Positions 26,953-36,804 of a DNA stretch of 60,010 nucleotides are shown here, piece by piece. The notes below the pieces were generated by a model. The model was not told the DNA's origin. It saw only the letters and a list, made by a program, of their open reading frames with translations, and made no database searches. The translations under genes and the position numbers were made by a program. The first letter of the stretch is position 1; the number at the start of each line of letters is the position of its first letter. Source of the DNA: a virus (Duplodnaviria > Caudoviricetes); the IMG/VR virus record IMGVR_UViG_3300017987_004445, positions 1 through 60,010 of that record; one strand, written 5' to 3'.

Positions 26953-27815
26953 GATATTCATTTATTATTCCGTATTATAATAGGCCAAATGAACTCTGGA
27001 ATACCATGTTGTCTTATCGACATTGGTACAGTAGGCGCGATGATATTGAGATTTTGGTTATTGAGGATTTAGCCAATAACCAGAATGAAAAATATCATGA
27101 TGAATTAATAGATGTGTTGTATGCTTATGGGGATCTGCATTGGATACATTTATTGTCCGAGTATAAAAATCAGCGCAATCCCGTAAGGCATCGGAATTAT
27201 GCTGCGAAGTTGGCAAAAGGGAAGGTGTTGATGCTCACAAACCCTGAATGTTATCACAGGAACAATATTCTTGAAGGGATAGACAAAGTGTTCACTGTTG
27301 GTTCTTCAAAGAAGCGTATAGGATATTTGCCTGAAAAATTTGGCCCAGATCATCCACAATGGAATGTGCCGAGTTTCCAACAGAAGTATAAGAGCCTACA
27401 ACATAGTGAGAATTTCGACCCATACGTTGTATGTGCATGCGAAAATTGTAGGTTAAGCCAAAAACGTTTTGATGATTTTGAGCTTATGAATAAAGACCCC
27501 ATAAGAGAAGCATGGTATCAACATTCTGCCCACAACAATCGGAGGCTTCATTGGTGTAGCTTTATATCGGCTGATAATTACAAGCAAATTGGTGGTTTTG
27601 ATGAAGCGTACTCAAATTTTGTGGGATATGATGATGATGATTTTCGGGAGACGGTTTTGAAGAATGGTATAAATATTATTACACGTGATGATTTGGTTGT
27701 AGCTCATATCAAACATAGCGTGCAACACCATGACGGGACTATGCCATTATCCGAAAAAGGGCTTGCGTATTTTAACAGTAAATGGCCACACGCCAAAATG
27801 ATAATGTATAGATGA
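26949..27815 (+). CDS. Glycosyltransferase family 2/7C-like
   Basis: SFIIPYYNR, RNYAA, IGGFDEAY...GYDDDDF. Confidence 0.85.
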   Translation: MRYSFIIPYYNRPNELWNTMLSYRHWYSRRDDIEILVIEDLANNQNEKYHDELIDVLYAYGDLHWIHLLSEYKNQRNPVRHRNYAAKLAKGKVLMLTNPECYHRNNILEGIDKVFTVGSSKKRIGYLPEKFGPDHPQWNVPSFQQKYKSLQHSENFDPYVVCACENCRLSQKRFDDFELMNKDPIREAWYQHSAHNNRRLHWCSFISADNYKQIGGFDEAYSNFVGYDDDDFRETVLKNGINIITRDDLVVAHIKHSVQHHDGTMPLSEKGLAYFNSKWPHAKMIMYR

Positions 27816-28756
27816 TGGAAAAAAGAGATAACTGGTTTGTGAATTATCAGGAGATTCCTGAATTGGGGATAAAAGGCTCTAGGTTGTTGGGCAACCGTTT
27901 GGCGTTTTACGATGAAAGCGACTTTAAGAATGCTTCGGTATTGGATGTGGGGTGCAATATAGGACAAATGGTTTTTCAGGCGCAGAAATGGGGAGCTGCA
28001 AAGGTTATGGGTGTCGAATATGACAAGACTGCATATAAAAAAGCCCTTGAAATAAAGGATCGTTTAGGATGCCAAGTGGATTTTATCTTTGATGATGCCG
28101 AGAATCCGATGTTTTGGAATAAAGTAAAACCTGTGGATGTATGTCTATTTCTCTCTCTAATAGACACAAAAGAGCTTGATGTTCCGTACTCTATACTGAG
28201 TAAAGCTTGTATGAAAACCAACAAAGTGATGTATTTTGAAGGGCACGGTGCCAATGTAAATTCTATAAGCAAATATATGAATGACTTGTTTTATTATACT
28301 GATTTTTCAGAGATAGTGTATCGGGGCCAGTCTGATGGGAGGCCATTCATAAGAGCTGCAAGAAGAGTACTTGGCATGGATGCCTTTATAAAGAGTGTAT
28401 TGGAGTCGAAGGCCAAAAGGATTGCTGTTGTGGGAAAAGCTATGGTCGGTAAAACTCGGCTGAGAACTCGTCTTGAAGAAGTGGGCGGATGTCATCACAC
28501 AATAATAGATGACCTGCTTATAGGGTATAAAAAATTTTATGGGGGTGATTTTCATGACAGCATAGAGAAATTGAACAAAGAGTCAGATTGGATACTTTTT
28601 GATTATCGGGCATTGAAATATGCGGAACAGGTTGATGCTCTTTATCAGGTAATTGATGATGATATTGGGGGACAGCGCATTAATGAAGCGGATTGGATAC
28701 GAAGTTCACCATTTAAAACAGGAATTCTTACTGAGTTTTATACCGTGAAGTTGTGA
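27812..28756 (+). CDS. Class I SAM methyltransferase fused to a P-loop domain
   Basis: VLDVGCNIG, GVE; C-terminal VVGKAMVGKT...IIDD. Confidence 0.8.
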   Translation: MMEKRDNWFVNYQEIPELGIKGSRLLGNRLAFYDESDFKNASVLDVGCNIGQMVFQAQKWGAAKVMGVEYDKTAYKKALEIKDRLGCQVDFIFDDAENPMFWNKVKPVDVCLFLSLIDTKELDVPYSILSKACMKTNKVMYFEGHGANVNSISKYMNDLFYYTDFSEIVYRGQSDGRPFIRAARRVLGMDAFIKSVLESKAKRIAVVGKAMVGKTRLRTRLEEVGGCHHTIIDDLLIGYKKFYGGDFHDSIEKLNKESDWILFDYRALKYAEQVDALYQVIDDDIGGQRINEADWIRSSPFKTGILTEFYTVKL

Positions 28757-29550
28757 AAACACCGTTTATCATACTGACCAAAGAACGCCCGAAAATGTTT
28801 ATGGCCATGGTTGAGTCTATATGGCAGCGCACGGACCCGGAATCGTATAACCTAATTATTTGTGACAACGGCAGCAGTCAAACTGAGATGAAGCGAATAC
28901 TTGATTCCCTTGAGAAAAAGGGTGTTACTGTAATACGCAATAAAGGCAATTATCTATTTGAAGGCTTGAACTCAGGTTTACAGAAGATAAGGCAAAGCCA
29001 ATCAAAATATTTTATTATGAGCGACCCCGACATTAAGCTATGCGCTGATATGCCTAGGGACTGGATTGCTATGTTTGCTAAGATATTGGACAGGTCAAAC
29101 TATCCCAAAGTTGGATGTGCTTTGGATATTTCTTTTGATCTCAATTCAAAATATAGACATAAAATTCATAAGGTGGAAAAAGGCTATTGGACAAAAGAAA
29201 TGTCTTTTGATTGGCTGGATGCACCATGTTATGAGGCAATGATAGACACTACTCTTGCTATGTATAGGAGAGATACTTATAAGTGCTGGAGCACAGGAGA
29301 ATTGGAATTTGGGAAGGGTAAGGGAATTAACCGAGATGGCTGGATTAATATGGAATACAACAAGAAATATGGGCCATTGCCACTAAGGGTTGCAGGTAAA
29401 TATACGTGTGAACACCTTGGGTGGTGGTTAGATCCACAATATTTGACTGATCTAAAGTATTACTATTACTTTTCGCGGGGGCCTGAGATATCATCGTGTC
29501 TGGCAAATTACAGAAATTTAATTGAAGAGGAATTAGGTGTTCGGATATGA
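28753..29550 (+). CDS. Glycosyltransferase family 2-like
   Basis: ICDNGS, MSDPD, IDTT, HLGW. Confidence 0.75.
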   Translation: MKTPFIILTKERPKMFMAMVESIWQRTDPESYNLIICDNGSSQTEMKRILDSLEKKGVTVIRNKGNYLFEGLNSGLQKIRQSQSKYFIMSDPDIKLCADMPRDWIAMFAKILDRSNYPKVGCALDISFDLNSKYRHKIHKVEKGYWTKEMSFDWLDAPCYEAMIDTTLAMYRRDTYKCWSTGELEFGKGKGINRDGWINMEYNKKYGPLPLRVAGKYTCEHLGWWLDPQYLTDLKYYYYFSRGPEISSCLANYRNLIEEELGVRI

Positions 29551-30236
29551 AAGACCTATGCGTAGTAGCGTTTGTATCTGGTGAATACGAGATATTGGCT
29601 CCTATGTGGAGATACTGCATTGAAAAGGAGTATCCAGAATATGATGTGATGATTGAGCATAGGCTTTCTTGCGATGGTCTTCCACCAGATGGCTTGTTTA
29701 CCGCGGCATTGAGGTTTCTGGAAGATATTAGGGATGGGCACAAATATTATCTAATTACTGATGTGGATATTTTGATTTTTAGGGAAAAATGGCCCATATT
29801 ACAGGAGCATCTTGATAGAATGAATGATAATGGCTTACAGTGCTATTCTAATTGTAGGCCGGTTAAGGAAGAAAAGAGGATGCAGGGAGTGCATTTTTGC
29901 ACAGATAAATGGTTTGAAAGAACCTTGGAGGCTAGACGTGTTTGGTTTGAGTTTCTTCAGAAATGCCCGAAATTAAGCAAGGGATTTGATGAAAAAATGC
30001 TTTATAAAATTGTAATTGATAGTTGTTTGCCTGAGCCTCCCGTGGCTTCTACATTTAATAGTATCCATGGCATACATTTGGGTGCATGGAGAACCCAGCC
30101 AAAACGAAGATTAAATGGAGACGAGACATTAGTGTGGGCAGATCTGAAAAAGGATGAAAGATTTATGAACCTCTTCGGCGACGCAGCAAAGCGCTTGCCT
30201 TACCTTAGAGCTTTTTACAATATGACAGAAGGATAG
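29547..30236 (+). CDS. GT-A-like (DxD) protein
   Basis: ITDVD, DE, HGIH; last gene of the glycan cluster. Confidence 0.5.
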   Translation: MKDLCVVAFVSGEYEILAPMWRYCIEKEYPEYDVMIEHRLSCDGLPPDGLFTAALRFLEDIRDGHKYYLITDVDILIFREKWPILQEHLDRMNDNGLQCYSNCRPVKEEKRMQGVHFCTDKWFERTLEARRVWFEFLQKCPKLSKGFDEKMLYKIVIDSCLPEPPVASTFNSIHGIHLGAWRTQPKRRLNGDETLVWADLKKDERFMNLFGDAAKRLPYLRAFYNMTEG

Positions 30237-30331
30237 GTGACATTATGGCAGATGCACCAAGAACAGCTCACAGCTTATCAGAAATTGGGGCTGGGGCATT
30301 ATCCCGCAAAGCATATCCAAAAGGAGGTAGT

Positions 30332-30478
30332 ATGGCATGCAATACACCCGGCAAGAAAATACGCTCAAAAGGAAAGGGGCGTGGTTTGGCGATTGGCAAT
30401 GGCCAAGGCCCCATTGGGGTTCCAGTTGGTGTTAAGAACATGAATGTGCGCCAACCCATACAGAAGAAAAAGAAGTAA
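30332..30478 (+). CDS. Small basic Gly/Lys-rich protein (48 aa)
   Basis: AAGGAGG RBS before ATG 30332; in frame with the longer ORF from 30245. Confidence 0.55.
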   Translation: MACNTPGKKIRSKGKGRGLAIGNGQGPIGVPVGVKNMNVRQPIQKKKK

Positions 30479-30491
30479 AAAACAGAAAAAC

Positions 30492-30520
30492 TTGGTTTTT
30501 TAAAAAAATGAGTGTATATT
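30492..30520 (+). promoter_or_regulatory. Promoter upstream of the head module
   Basis: TTGGTT-17 nt-TATATT in an AT-rich gap. Confidence 0.5.
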
Positions 30521-30542
30521 ATATATATAGGCACGCTTTTTT

Positions 30543-30587
30543 GAAGGAAAGGGCTTAAGCTCTGTTGTGGCTTAGGCCCTTTTTGTT
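30543..30587 (+). promoter_or_regulatory. Hairpin element A directly before ATG 30588
   Basis: AAAGGGCTTAAGC-loop-GCTTAGGCCCTTT plus T run. Confidence 0.7.
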
Positions 30588-30869
30588 ATGGATATCGGGA
30601 GCTATATAGCCAAGCACAAATTCAAGGAAATTGTGTGTGGGAATGCTACTGTTAAATATAATAAGGTTACTGGAAATCAATTTCGTTGGGTGTGCTCGCA
30701 TTGGCTTGGGTATATACAAATCGATACCGAGAATGTAGCACAGTTTTATTGTAGTGACTGTGACCTCGTACATACGTATGCGGTTGATGCCAACGGAGTA
30801 GTGACACGTAAAAAATCCAAAAACAAAAGGAGAATAGGGACAAGCGAAGAAATAGCTATAATGGGGTAG
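30588..30869 (+). CDS. Com-like zinc-ribbon protein
   Basis: KEIVC...VCSHWLG...FYCSDC; basic C-terminus. Confidence 0.6.
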   Translation: MDIGSYIAKHKFKEIVCGNATVKYNKVTGNQFRWVCSHWLGYIQIDTENVAQFYCSDCDLVHTYAVDANGVVTRKKSKNKRRIGTSEEIAIMG

Positions 30870-30895
30870 GATAGACCTGCTCTAAAATATTGGAT

Positions 30896-30942
30896 GGGAA
30901 GGGCTTAAGTCCAAAGGTGTGGCTTGAGCCCTTTTTTTATTT
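30896..30942 (+). promoter_or_regulatory. Hairpin element B directly before the portal ATG
   Basis: AAGGGCTTAAGTC-loop-GGCTTGAGCCCTT plus T run; homologous to element A. Confidence 0.7.
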
Positions 30943-33021
30943 ATGGATGCAACTCCTTTAATTAAATCTGCCAAACGTGCGCCATTTTCTGATGAAGTGG
31001 CTCGTTACCATTCCAATTGGACTCGGGTAAGCAGCTACTTCAGGCTCATGCTGGATTCCAACTCGGAGAATTGGCGGTTTTATTGGGCCAAAAATCCTGA
31101 GAAAGGCTTTGGCCAGTGGCCATTATCGGCAATCTCGCGCATGGCCCAACAGGGCAGATCCCTTGTCCAATACAATCTCACTCGGCCCACAGTTGATGCC
31201 ATAGCCGCGCTTCTGCTTCAGATGCCTGTTGACCCCGAATTTGCGCTTGTAAATGGGGATTATGACCCATTGGTTGAGAAAATCAAGAAAATCATGTATT
31301 CGGACAAAGAGCTTTGCAACTGGAAAATGGCGGAAATGGAGATGACAACTCAGGGGCTCGTGGGCTTTGCCTGTCTACGCATTGGCATTTCTGATGAATT
31401 TGACCCACTTGGCAACATTGCCCTGTATAGCGAACTCCCAGGTAGCGTATTACCTGACCCATTTTGGAAAACCCGCATATCCAAAGACTGCAAACGCTGC
31501 TGGAAGGAGACATGGTTTACAATAGATGACATTATTGAGGAATATCCAGAGTTTGAGGACCGGCTAAAGGCTAAAAAGGCGCAGTTGAAGCATGAGGGTA
31601 CGCGATATGGGGCAAATTCCGGCATAAACACATACAATGTCACCGAAGATACATGGGGATCTCTCTATCGCGTCATTGAAGAATATGAGATGGTAACGGT
31701 TAAGAAGAACAAGGAATTCGCGTATTCTGAGGAAATGGGCGAAGTAGAGATTCCGGAGATGGATGAGATGGATAAGATTGGGTGGCTGAATGAAAATGTC
31801 CCTGACTGGCACCCTGACCTTGTATATACAAAGCCAACCACTCAGAAGATTTGCTATGTACATACAATTTGCCCAAGCCTTATTCCGGACAAGCTCCTTG
31901 AAGATGGTCCGATAGAGATACAAATTGGCAGGCTGCCATTCATGTGGTGGGCAGCAAGCATGGCTCATGGCGAGTTTAGCTCCATTGTGGATGCCGTAAA
32001 AGACATGCAGATGGATATAAATTACACGTCTGCAATGATTAAGCACAAAATGCAGGTTGAGGGCGGCGGGGGCTCGCAGTTTGTTGACCCGAGTAAGTTC
32101 AAATCCCATACTGATTATCTTAACTTTTGTAGATACAGAGGCCATCCAACCAAGAATTTCAATGTAAAACCAGGGGTATTGGACACATCGACTCCTGCTA
32201 GGCCCGTACAGCAATCTCAATTCCCCCAGGAATTGTATACACATCTCAATACCATCATAGACAAGATTTGGCCCCACACTTCGAAAGTTACGCCTTCCAC
32301 GGTAGGCCAGACAGAGCAAAACAATCAGACATCGGGTAGGCTGTACGAATTGCTTAAGATGCAGAGCGATAGGCTGTTGTACACGATCGTTCATGGGCGC
32401 AGGTTGTTTTATAATGATGTGTTCGAGGCGTATTTCATGCTGGCTGTGCAGTTGTATTCAAATGAGGACCTGGAGCGCAGCTTCTCTTATAACAAAGAAA
32501 AGATTGTTCTGAACAAGCGATTGCCCATTGGTGAGGGTCGAGAAGTCGTTGTGGATCAGGTTTCTCGGCTTAAGAAAGAGCGCGTAAAAGTCATTATCTC
32601 CGACAAGCAGGAAAGCCCTACGGAGAAGATGGATAATGTCAGCATCCTTTCTGAGTTTTATCAAAGAGTTGCCAAAAATCAACCACTTACGGCGGCTGTC
32701 GTAAACATGGAAACAGTTAAAAACATTGAGCAATTCAGCGATGAATCCAAAAGGCTTATTGAGGATGCCACAAAGCTGGAGATGGAGCTTGTGCGTTCTG
32801 GTATGGAATTGCAGATAGCCACAAATAGGGCTCAGTTAATGCAAATGCAATCCGGGGTGCCATCGCAAGGCAATGAGGAAATGGCGCTCCCTGCACAGAC
32901 AGGTGAAGAGGTGCCTGCTGCTGGCGCCAAACAGCTTGGAGCCCCTAAAGAAACGATGCTAACACCCCCACCCGGGGACATCATAAACACTTTATCGCCT
33001 TCACCCGAGGGCGGGAGGTAA
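30943..33021 (+). CDS. Portal protein (P22-like)
   Basis: 692 aa; GQWP...QGR..VQYNLTRPTVD, DPF, IVDAVKDMQMDIN, TSG; position. Confidence 0.88.
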   Translation: MDATPLIKSAKRAPFSDEVARYHSNWTRVSSYFRLMLDSNSENWRFYWAKNPEKGFGQWPLSAISRMAQQGRSLVQYNLTRPTVDAIAALLLQMPVDPEFALVNGDYDPLVEKIKKIMYSDKELCNWKMAEMEMTTQGLVGFACLRIGISDEFDPLGNIALYSELPGSVLPDPFWKTRISKDCKRCWKETWFTIDDIIEEYPEFEDRLKAKKAQLKHEGTRYGANSGINTYNVTEDTWGSLYRVIEEYEMVTVKKNKEFAYSEEMGEVEIPEMDEMDKIGWLNENVPDWHPDLVYTKPTTQKICYVHTICPSLIPDKLLEDGPIEIQIGRLPFMWWAASMAHGEFSSIVDAVKDMQMDINYTSAMIKHKMQVEGGGGSQFVDPSKFKSHTDYLNFCRYRGHPTKNFNVKPGVLDTSTPARPVQQSQFPQELYTHLNTIIDKIWPHTSKVTPSTVGQTEQNNQTSGRLYELLKMQSDRLLYTIVHGRRLFYNDVFEAYFMLAVQLYSNEDLERSFSYNKEKIVLNKRLPIGEGREVVVDQVSRLKKERVKVIISDKQESPTEKMDNVSILSEFYQRVAKNQPLTAAVVNMETVKNIEQFSDESKRLIEDATKLEMELVRSGMELQIATNRAQLMQMQSGVPSQGNEEMALPAQTGEEVPAAGAKQLGAPKETMLTPPPGDIINTLSPSPEGGR

Positions 33022-33023
33022 AA

Positions 33024-34433
33024 ATGGAAGACCATAAGGTCAAAGCCGAAGAGAAGGAAACGGCAGTGAAAACGTTCGCTACTACTGAAGATGCTATTGA
33101 GGCATTGAAGGCGAACCCAGAGCTTAGGGATGAATATCTCAAAGATCCGGATGCGTTTATCAAAAAATACTCTGCCAATCCCGAGGAGAAAGAAGGGGAT
33201 GTAGACCCTGAGACTGATCCTCCTGATAAGGAGGAAAAAGTTGAGGAACCCCCTGAACTGTTTGAGGGAAAGATAGAGCGTAGCAAATTTGGGAATTACG
33301 GGAAAAACGCCAAGGATTTGAGTGAGGCGGTTGAAAAGCTTTTAAAAGGCAAGCAGGAAAACGATGACACCATTGAATTTCTGCGGAACAAGAAAGTGCC
33401 TGAGCTTACGGATGAAAATACGAAGCTCAAAAGTGAAAATCTCTCATTCAAAAAGCAGCTTAAGGAATATAAGAAACAGAAGGCTGCTCCTCCACCAGAG
33501 GAGTTTAAGCTGGAAGATGTTCAAATTCCAGAACTGTCCGATGACATCGATTTTCTAACTGATGAAGGCCGTGCAAAATTCAAGGAATTTGCGTCTGCAT
33601 TGCCGAAGATCAAAGCCAATATGGATGCGCTTGCTAAAAGGAATACCGACTTGGAGGCTTCTCTAAAAGAAGTTGGAACAAGAGTCGAAAAAACCGATGA
33701 GCGTACTGCCACATCTGAGGCCGAAGCTTTACAGCGCAAGGCCATAGATAAGGAATTTGGCGAGATTGATTTGGTTAGAAAGAAGGATGTGTATAAGGAT
33801 GTTTTTGGCGAATCCCCGAGGCCCACAAAGCAGATTGAGGATGACTACATTGAGTTTGCCACAGAGCTTGGAAAAGCCAATGGCATAGCTGATCCTATGC
33901 CTGACGGCAACATTGCTCCCGAGGTGATACAACTTATAAACAGGTACTTGGATGAAAAGTCCGAGGAAGGTGCCAAGTTAAGGGAAACCGCTAAAATAAA
34001 GGCCCCTGATGATCTTGGTGACCTGTTTACTACGTATGAAATTCGAAAGCTCCGTTTTCGAGACGTGGTTGGGCCTGAAGGCAAAACAGTGCGTACTCCT
34101 GTTCTTAGCTTTGAAGATGCTACGAAGCTTTATTTGGCAGATCCAGATAAACAGACTGAAGTGAAATACAAGGCGCGAAAAGCTGCCTTGGAAGCAAAGG
34201 AAAGGGCGTTGGACAACAGGCGCGGTCATGCCAAAGAGACCAAGCCTGGAGTCGGCTCTAAACAGGAAATAAATATCTCACAGCAAGCGGCTCAGGAATT
34301 GATTGTGAAAGCAGTCAAAAAGACGGCCACGCCGGAAGAATTAACGATAGTTAATAAAATTATCGATGATTTAAAGGCTGCTGGTCACGAGCGCGATGCT
34401 GCTGAGATAGAACATGTTATCAAAAGTGATTAG
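33024..34433 (+). CDS. Capsid scaffolding protein
   Basis: Acidic coiled-coil protein between portal and capsid. Confidence 0.7.
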   Translation: MEDHKVKAEEKETAVKTFATTEDAIEALKANPELRDEYLKDPDAFIKKYSANPEEKEGDVDPETDPPDKEEKVEEPPELFEGKIERSKFGNYGKNAKDLSEAVEKLLKGKQENDDTIEFLRNKKVPELTDENTKLKSENLSFKKQLKEYKKQKAAPPPEEFKLEDVQIPELSDDIDFLTDEGRAKFKEFASALPKIKANMDALAKRNTDLEASLKEVGTRVEKTDERTATSEAEALQRKAIDKEFGEIDLVRKKDVYKDVFGESPRPTKQIEDDYIEFATELGKANGIADPMPDGNIAPEVIQLINRYLDEKSEEGAKLRETAKIKAPDDLGDLFTTYEIRKLRFRDVVGPEGKTVRTPVLSFEDATKLYLADPDKQTEVKYKARKAALEAKERALDNRRGHAKETKPGVGSKQEINISQQAAQELIVKAVKKTATPEELTIVNKIIDDLKAAGHERDAAEIEHVIKSD

Positions 34434-34442
34434 GAGCAGAAA

Positions 34443-35822
34443 ATGACTAATTATATTCCAGGAACCGCAAGTAGCCTAAGTGGCTTAGATGCTGCTGCGT
34501 TATCGCGTACTGCTTGGAGTTCGAAGGCCAAGGAGGATTTGGTAAGAGATTCCATATTCTCCGCAAAAGACCTTATGACCAAGTACACGGTAGTCGGTGG
34601 CGAAGTCGTTATCGATCAGCCCGGTATGGTACTCGATGTGACCAATGTAGGCAAAGCCGCTCAAGGTGGGGGGAACAGTGTCTATGTAGCCCTTAGAACA
34701 CCCCTCCAAGACGCACCCCAAGAAGGTACTGGTGAAGATCAGCTTGGGAATGAAGACGAAGTGGGCTACAAGTATTGCAGATTGTACTACAACGAAATTA
34801 AAAAGTCGGTGAAGTACGACAACTACGGCTACAACGCCAACGATTTGGAATACCTTGGCCATAAGGCGGCGTACTCGCGTCATCTTGCGAGGTTCTGGAG
34901 TGAATGGCGTGATTTCCGTTTTCACCAAGCAGCCATGTTCACTTATGCCCAGGAACTAATTCATGCTCCCGTGTCTCTGACGCAGGCGCTGAATAAAAAC
35001 TGGGGCATTGTGAACTATGACTCCAGCAATTTCCCTACATGGGACCCCGATACCCTTACCTACACGGCTGGCGCAGTGGATTCTCTTGGGTATTACTCAA
35101 GTGAATACTACAGCGGCGCTGCAACATTTGTTGAAAATCTTGCAGCCGCAATGCTGGCGGGTTCGGGTACTGGCGCGACCCCTCTTTCGGGTTTGAATGT
35201 TGACTCTCTTGCCATCATTCATGACTGGGTGGATGATGAAATAGTTGTTGAGCCTTTCAAGCTCGATAAGGTCGATTCCCAAATCTTCACTGCTGCAAAC
35301 AAGGTGTACAATTGGATGAAGAATCCAAGCAACACCGGCAGTATTGCCGCGTATTGGCAGAACGTGAAAGATTACATCACGGAAGATCGAATGAAGCTTC
35401 CTGGTGAAATAGGGAGAATATTTGATTCGTGGGTCGTGGTGAAAGACCCGAGGGCCGCAACGCTGACAGTTGGCGGGTCTTCGGGTTCCTACACGTTGAC
35501 TCCCGGATATATCCGTCCGGGTAACAACGACGATCGAAACAAGTCCGTATGGGCGAATACGTCAGGTGCGACGAATTATGTATTTGACGTGTGTATGGTC
35601 TTGGGTGCAAATGCTTATGGTATTTACACCCGCGATGAGCTTATGATGGACCTGTTCGAAACCACGGAATACCGGAAGCGTGAAGGTCGCGGTTCGTATC
35701 TGGGTGAAGGCATCCAGCTTGTTCCATATGATAACGGGACAACATCTGCCACTTCCCAAATACAGCGCGGTTCCTGCATGGTTCCAGTGCCCAGAAATGC
35801 AGTAGGCACAATCGCTACATAG
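34443..35822 (+). CDS. Major capsid protein (N4-gp56/DUF4043-like)
   Basis: 459 aa; G..QLGNEDE, LARFWSEWRD, GEIG, VLGANA; follows scaffold; strong hairpin downstream. Confidence 0.8.
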   Translation: MTNYIPGTASSLSGLDAAALSRTAWSSKAKEDLVRDSIFSAKDLMTKYTVVGGEVVIDQPGMVLDVTNVGKAAQGGGNSVYVALRTPLQDAPQEGTGEDQLGNEDEVGYKYCRLYYNEIKKSVKYDNYGYNANDLEYLGHKAAYSRHLARFWSEWRDFRFHQAAMFTYAQELIHAPVSLTQALNKNWGIVNYDSSNFPTWDPDTLTYTAGAVDSLGYYSSEYYSGAATFVENLAAAMLAGSGTGATPLSGLNVDSLAIIHDWVDDEIVVEPFKLDKVDSQIFTAANKVYNWMKNPSNTGSIAAYWQNVKDYITEDRMKLPGEIGRIFDSWVVVKDPRAATLTVGGSSGSYTLTPGYIRPGNNDDRNKSVWANTSGATNYVFDVCMVLGANAYGIYTRDELMMDLFETTEYRKREGRGSYLGEGIQLVPYDNGTTSATSQIQRGSCMVPVPRNAVGTIAT

Positions 35823-35839
35823 TGGGCGGTTGAGCAATG

Positions 35840-35866
35840 AGGGGGAAGGGAGATGCCCTTCCCCCT
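35840..35866 (+). terminator. GC-rich hairpin after the capsid gene
   Basis: AGGGGGAAGGG-AGATG-CCCTTCCCCCT; no T run, so may be a stabilising stem. Confidence 0.5.
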
Positions 35867-35894
35867 GTAAATATTAAGTCCAAAGGAGGACAAA

Positions 35895-36797
35895 ATGCCG
35901 GTAGGCAGAATGCCAGTGGGGAACCTTCCTGATTTGGAGGAAAGTCAGTACAATGCCCTTAATGCGGGTATTGATCTGTTTCAGTGCGTATGGCCCGGAA
36001 GAATCAAATACGACAAAAGCGTAAGTGGTTTTTTCGATTGCAAGGTTGAAGACGTGACGGATAACGAGCGTGGCAGACAACGCTATAGCAGAAAGTGGTT
36101 GACGGGACCCGATGCCGCAATCTGGTTTGAGAGAAGCAAACTCAAGAAAGAAATAGGTATTGCATGGATACCGGATGATGCTTTTTGGCATAACCGTATT
36201 GTGTTCATGGACAATCAACACCTAAAGGCCATGATAGCTCAGTTGAGACAGCATGATGGAAATATTCTTAGTGGCGCAGATGTTCTGCTTGAGCTTGATT
36301 GTCTTGAAAAGGAGCTAAAAACACTAACACCTATCTACAAATTGATTGTCAATGGTAGGGAAAACGACTACTTCTTTTCCGAGAAAGAAGCCAAGGACAC
36401 GATGAAGATTGTCAAGTTCAAGCCTGGCGTGAATCGTGAAACGGGCTTGCCGACAATGGTGGAGATTCGTGGAAAGAAGTTTGAGATAAAAAAAGATTTC
36501 CGACTGTCATACAAAAAGGAGATTGAGGAACTCAAGCGCAGGCAGCTTAAAATGCAGAGGAAATTTGGCTGGACCGAATGTGATGAGTTCATGAAGGAGA
36601 TAAAGCCAAAAGTTATAAAGCGTGCAGAGGAAATTCGCGCGGAAGGAATGAGTGGGGAAATTCCTACTCAAGTTGGTATTTCTCCGCAACAGCTTGTCGC
36701 TGCACTGGCTGAACTAAATAGTGAGGATTTGGAAAAAGTGACTGCAAAGCTTTTGGGCAAAAAGCGAAAAGGTAAAGAGCCAATAGCGGCGAATTGA
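35895..36797 (+). CDS. Hypothetical protein
   Basis: AAGGAGG RBS, 300 aa. Confidence 0.75.
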   Translation: MPVGRMPVGNLPDLEESQYNALNAGIDLFQCVWPGRIKYDKSVSGFFDCKVEDVTDNERGRQRYSRKWLTGPDAAIWFERSKLKKEIGIAWIPDDAFWHNRIVFMDNQHLKAMIAQLRQHDGNILSGADVLLELDCLEKELKTLTPIYKLIVNGRENDYFFSEKEAKDTMKIVKFKPGVNRETGLPTMVEIRGKKFEIKKDFRLSYKKEIEELKRRQLKMQRKFGWTECDEFMKEIKPKVIKRAEEIRAEGMSGEIPTQVGISPQQLVAALAELNSEDLEKVTAKLLGKKRKGKEPIAAN

Positions 36798-36804
36798 GGT
36801 AGAT

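Noticed and set aside
13645-30236. Host LPS/capsule locus misassembled into the contig, or a DNA hypermodification locus
   Set aside because: Genes are coupled seamlessly into the phage late operon, with no export or polymerase genes and no base-modifying enzyme recognised; not fully excluded without reads
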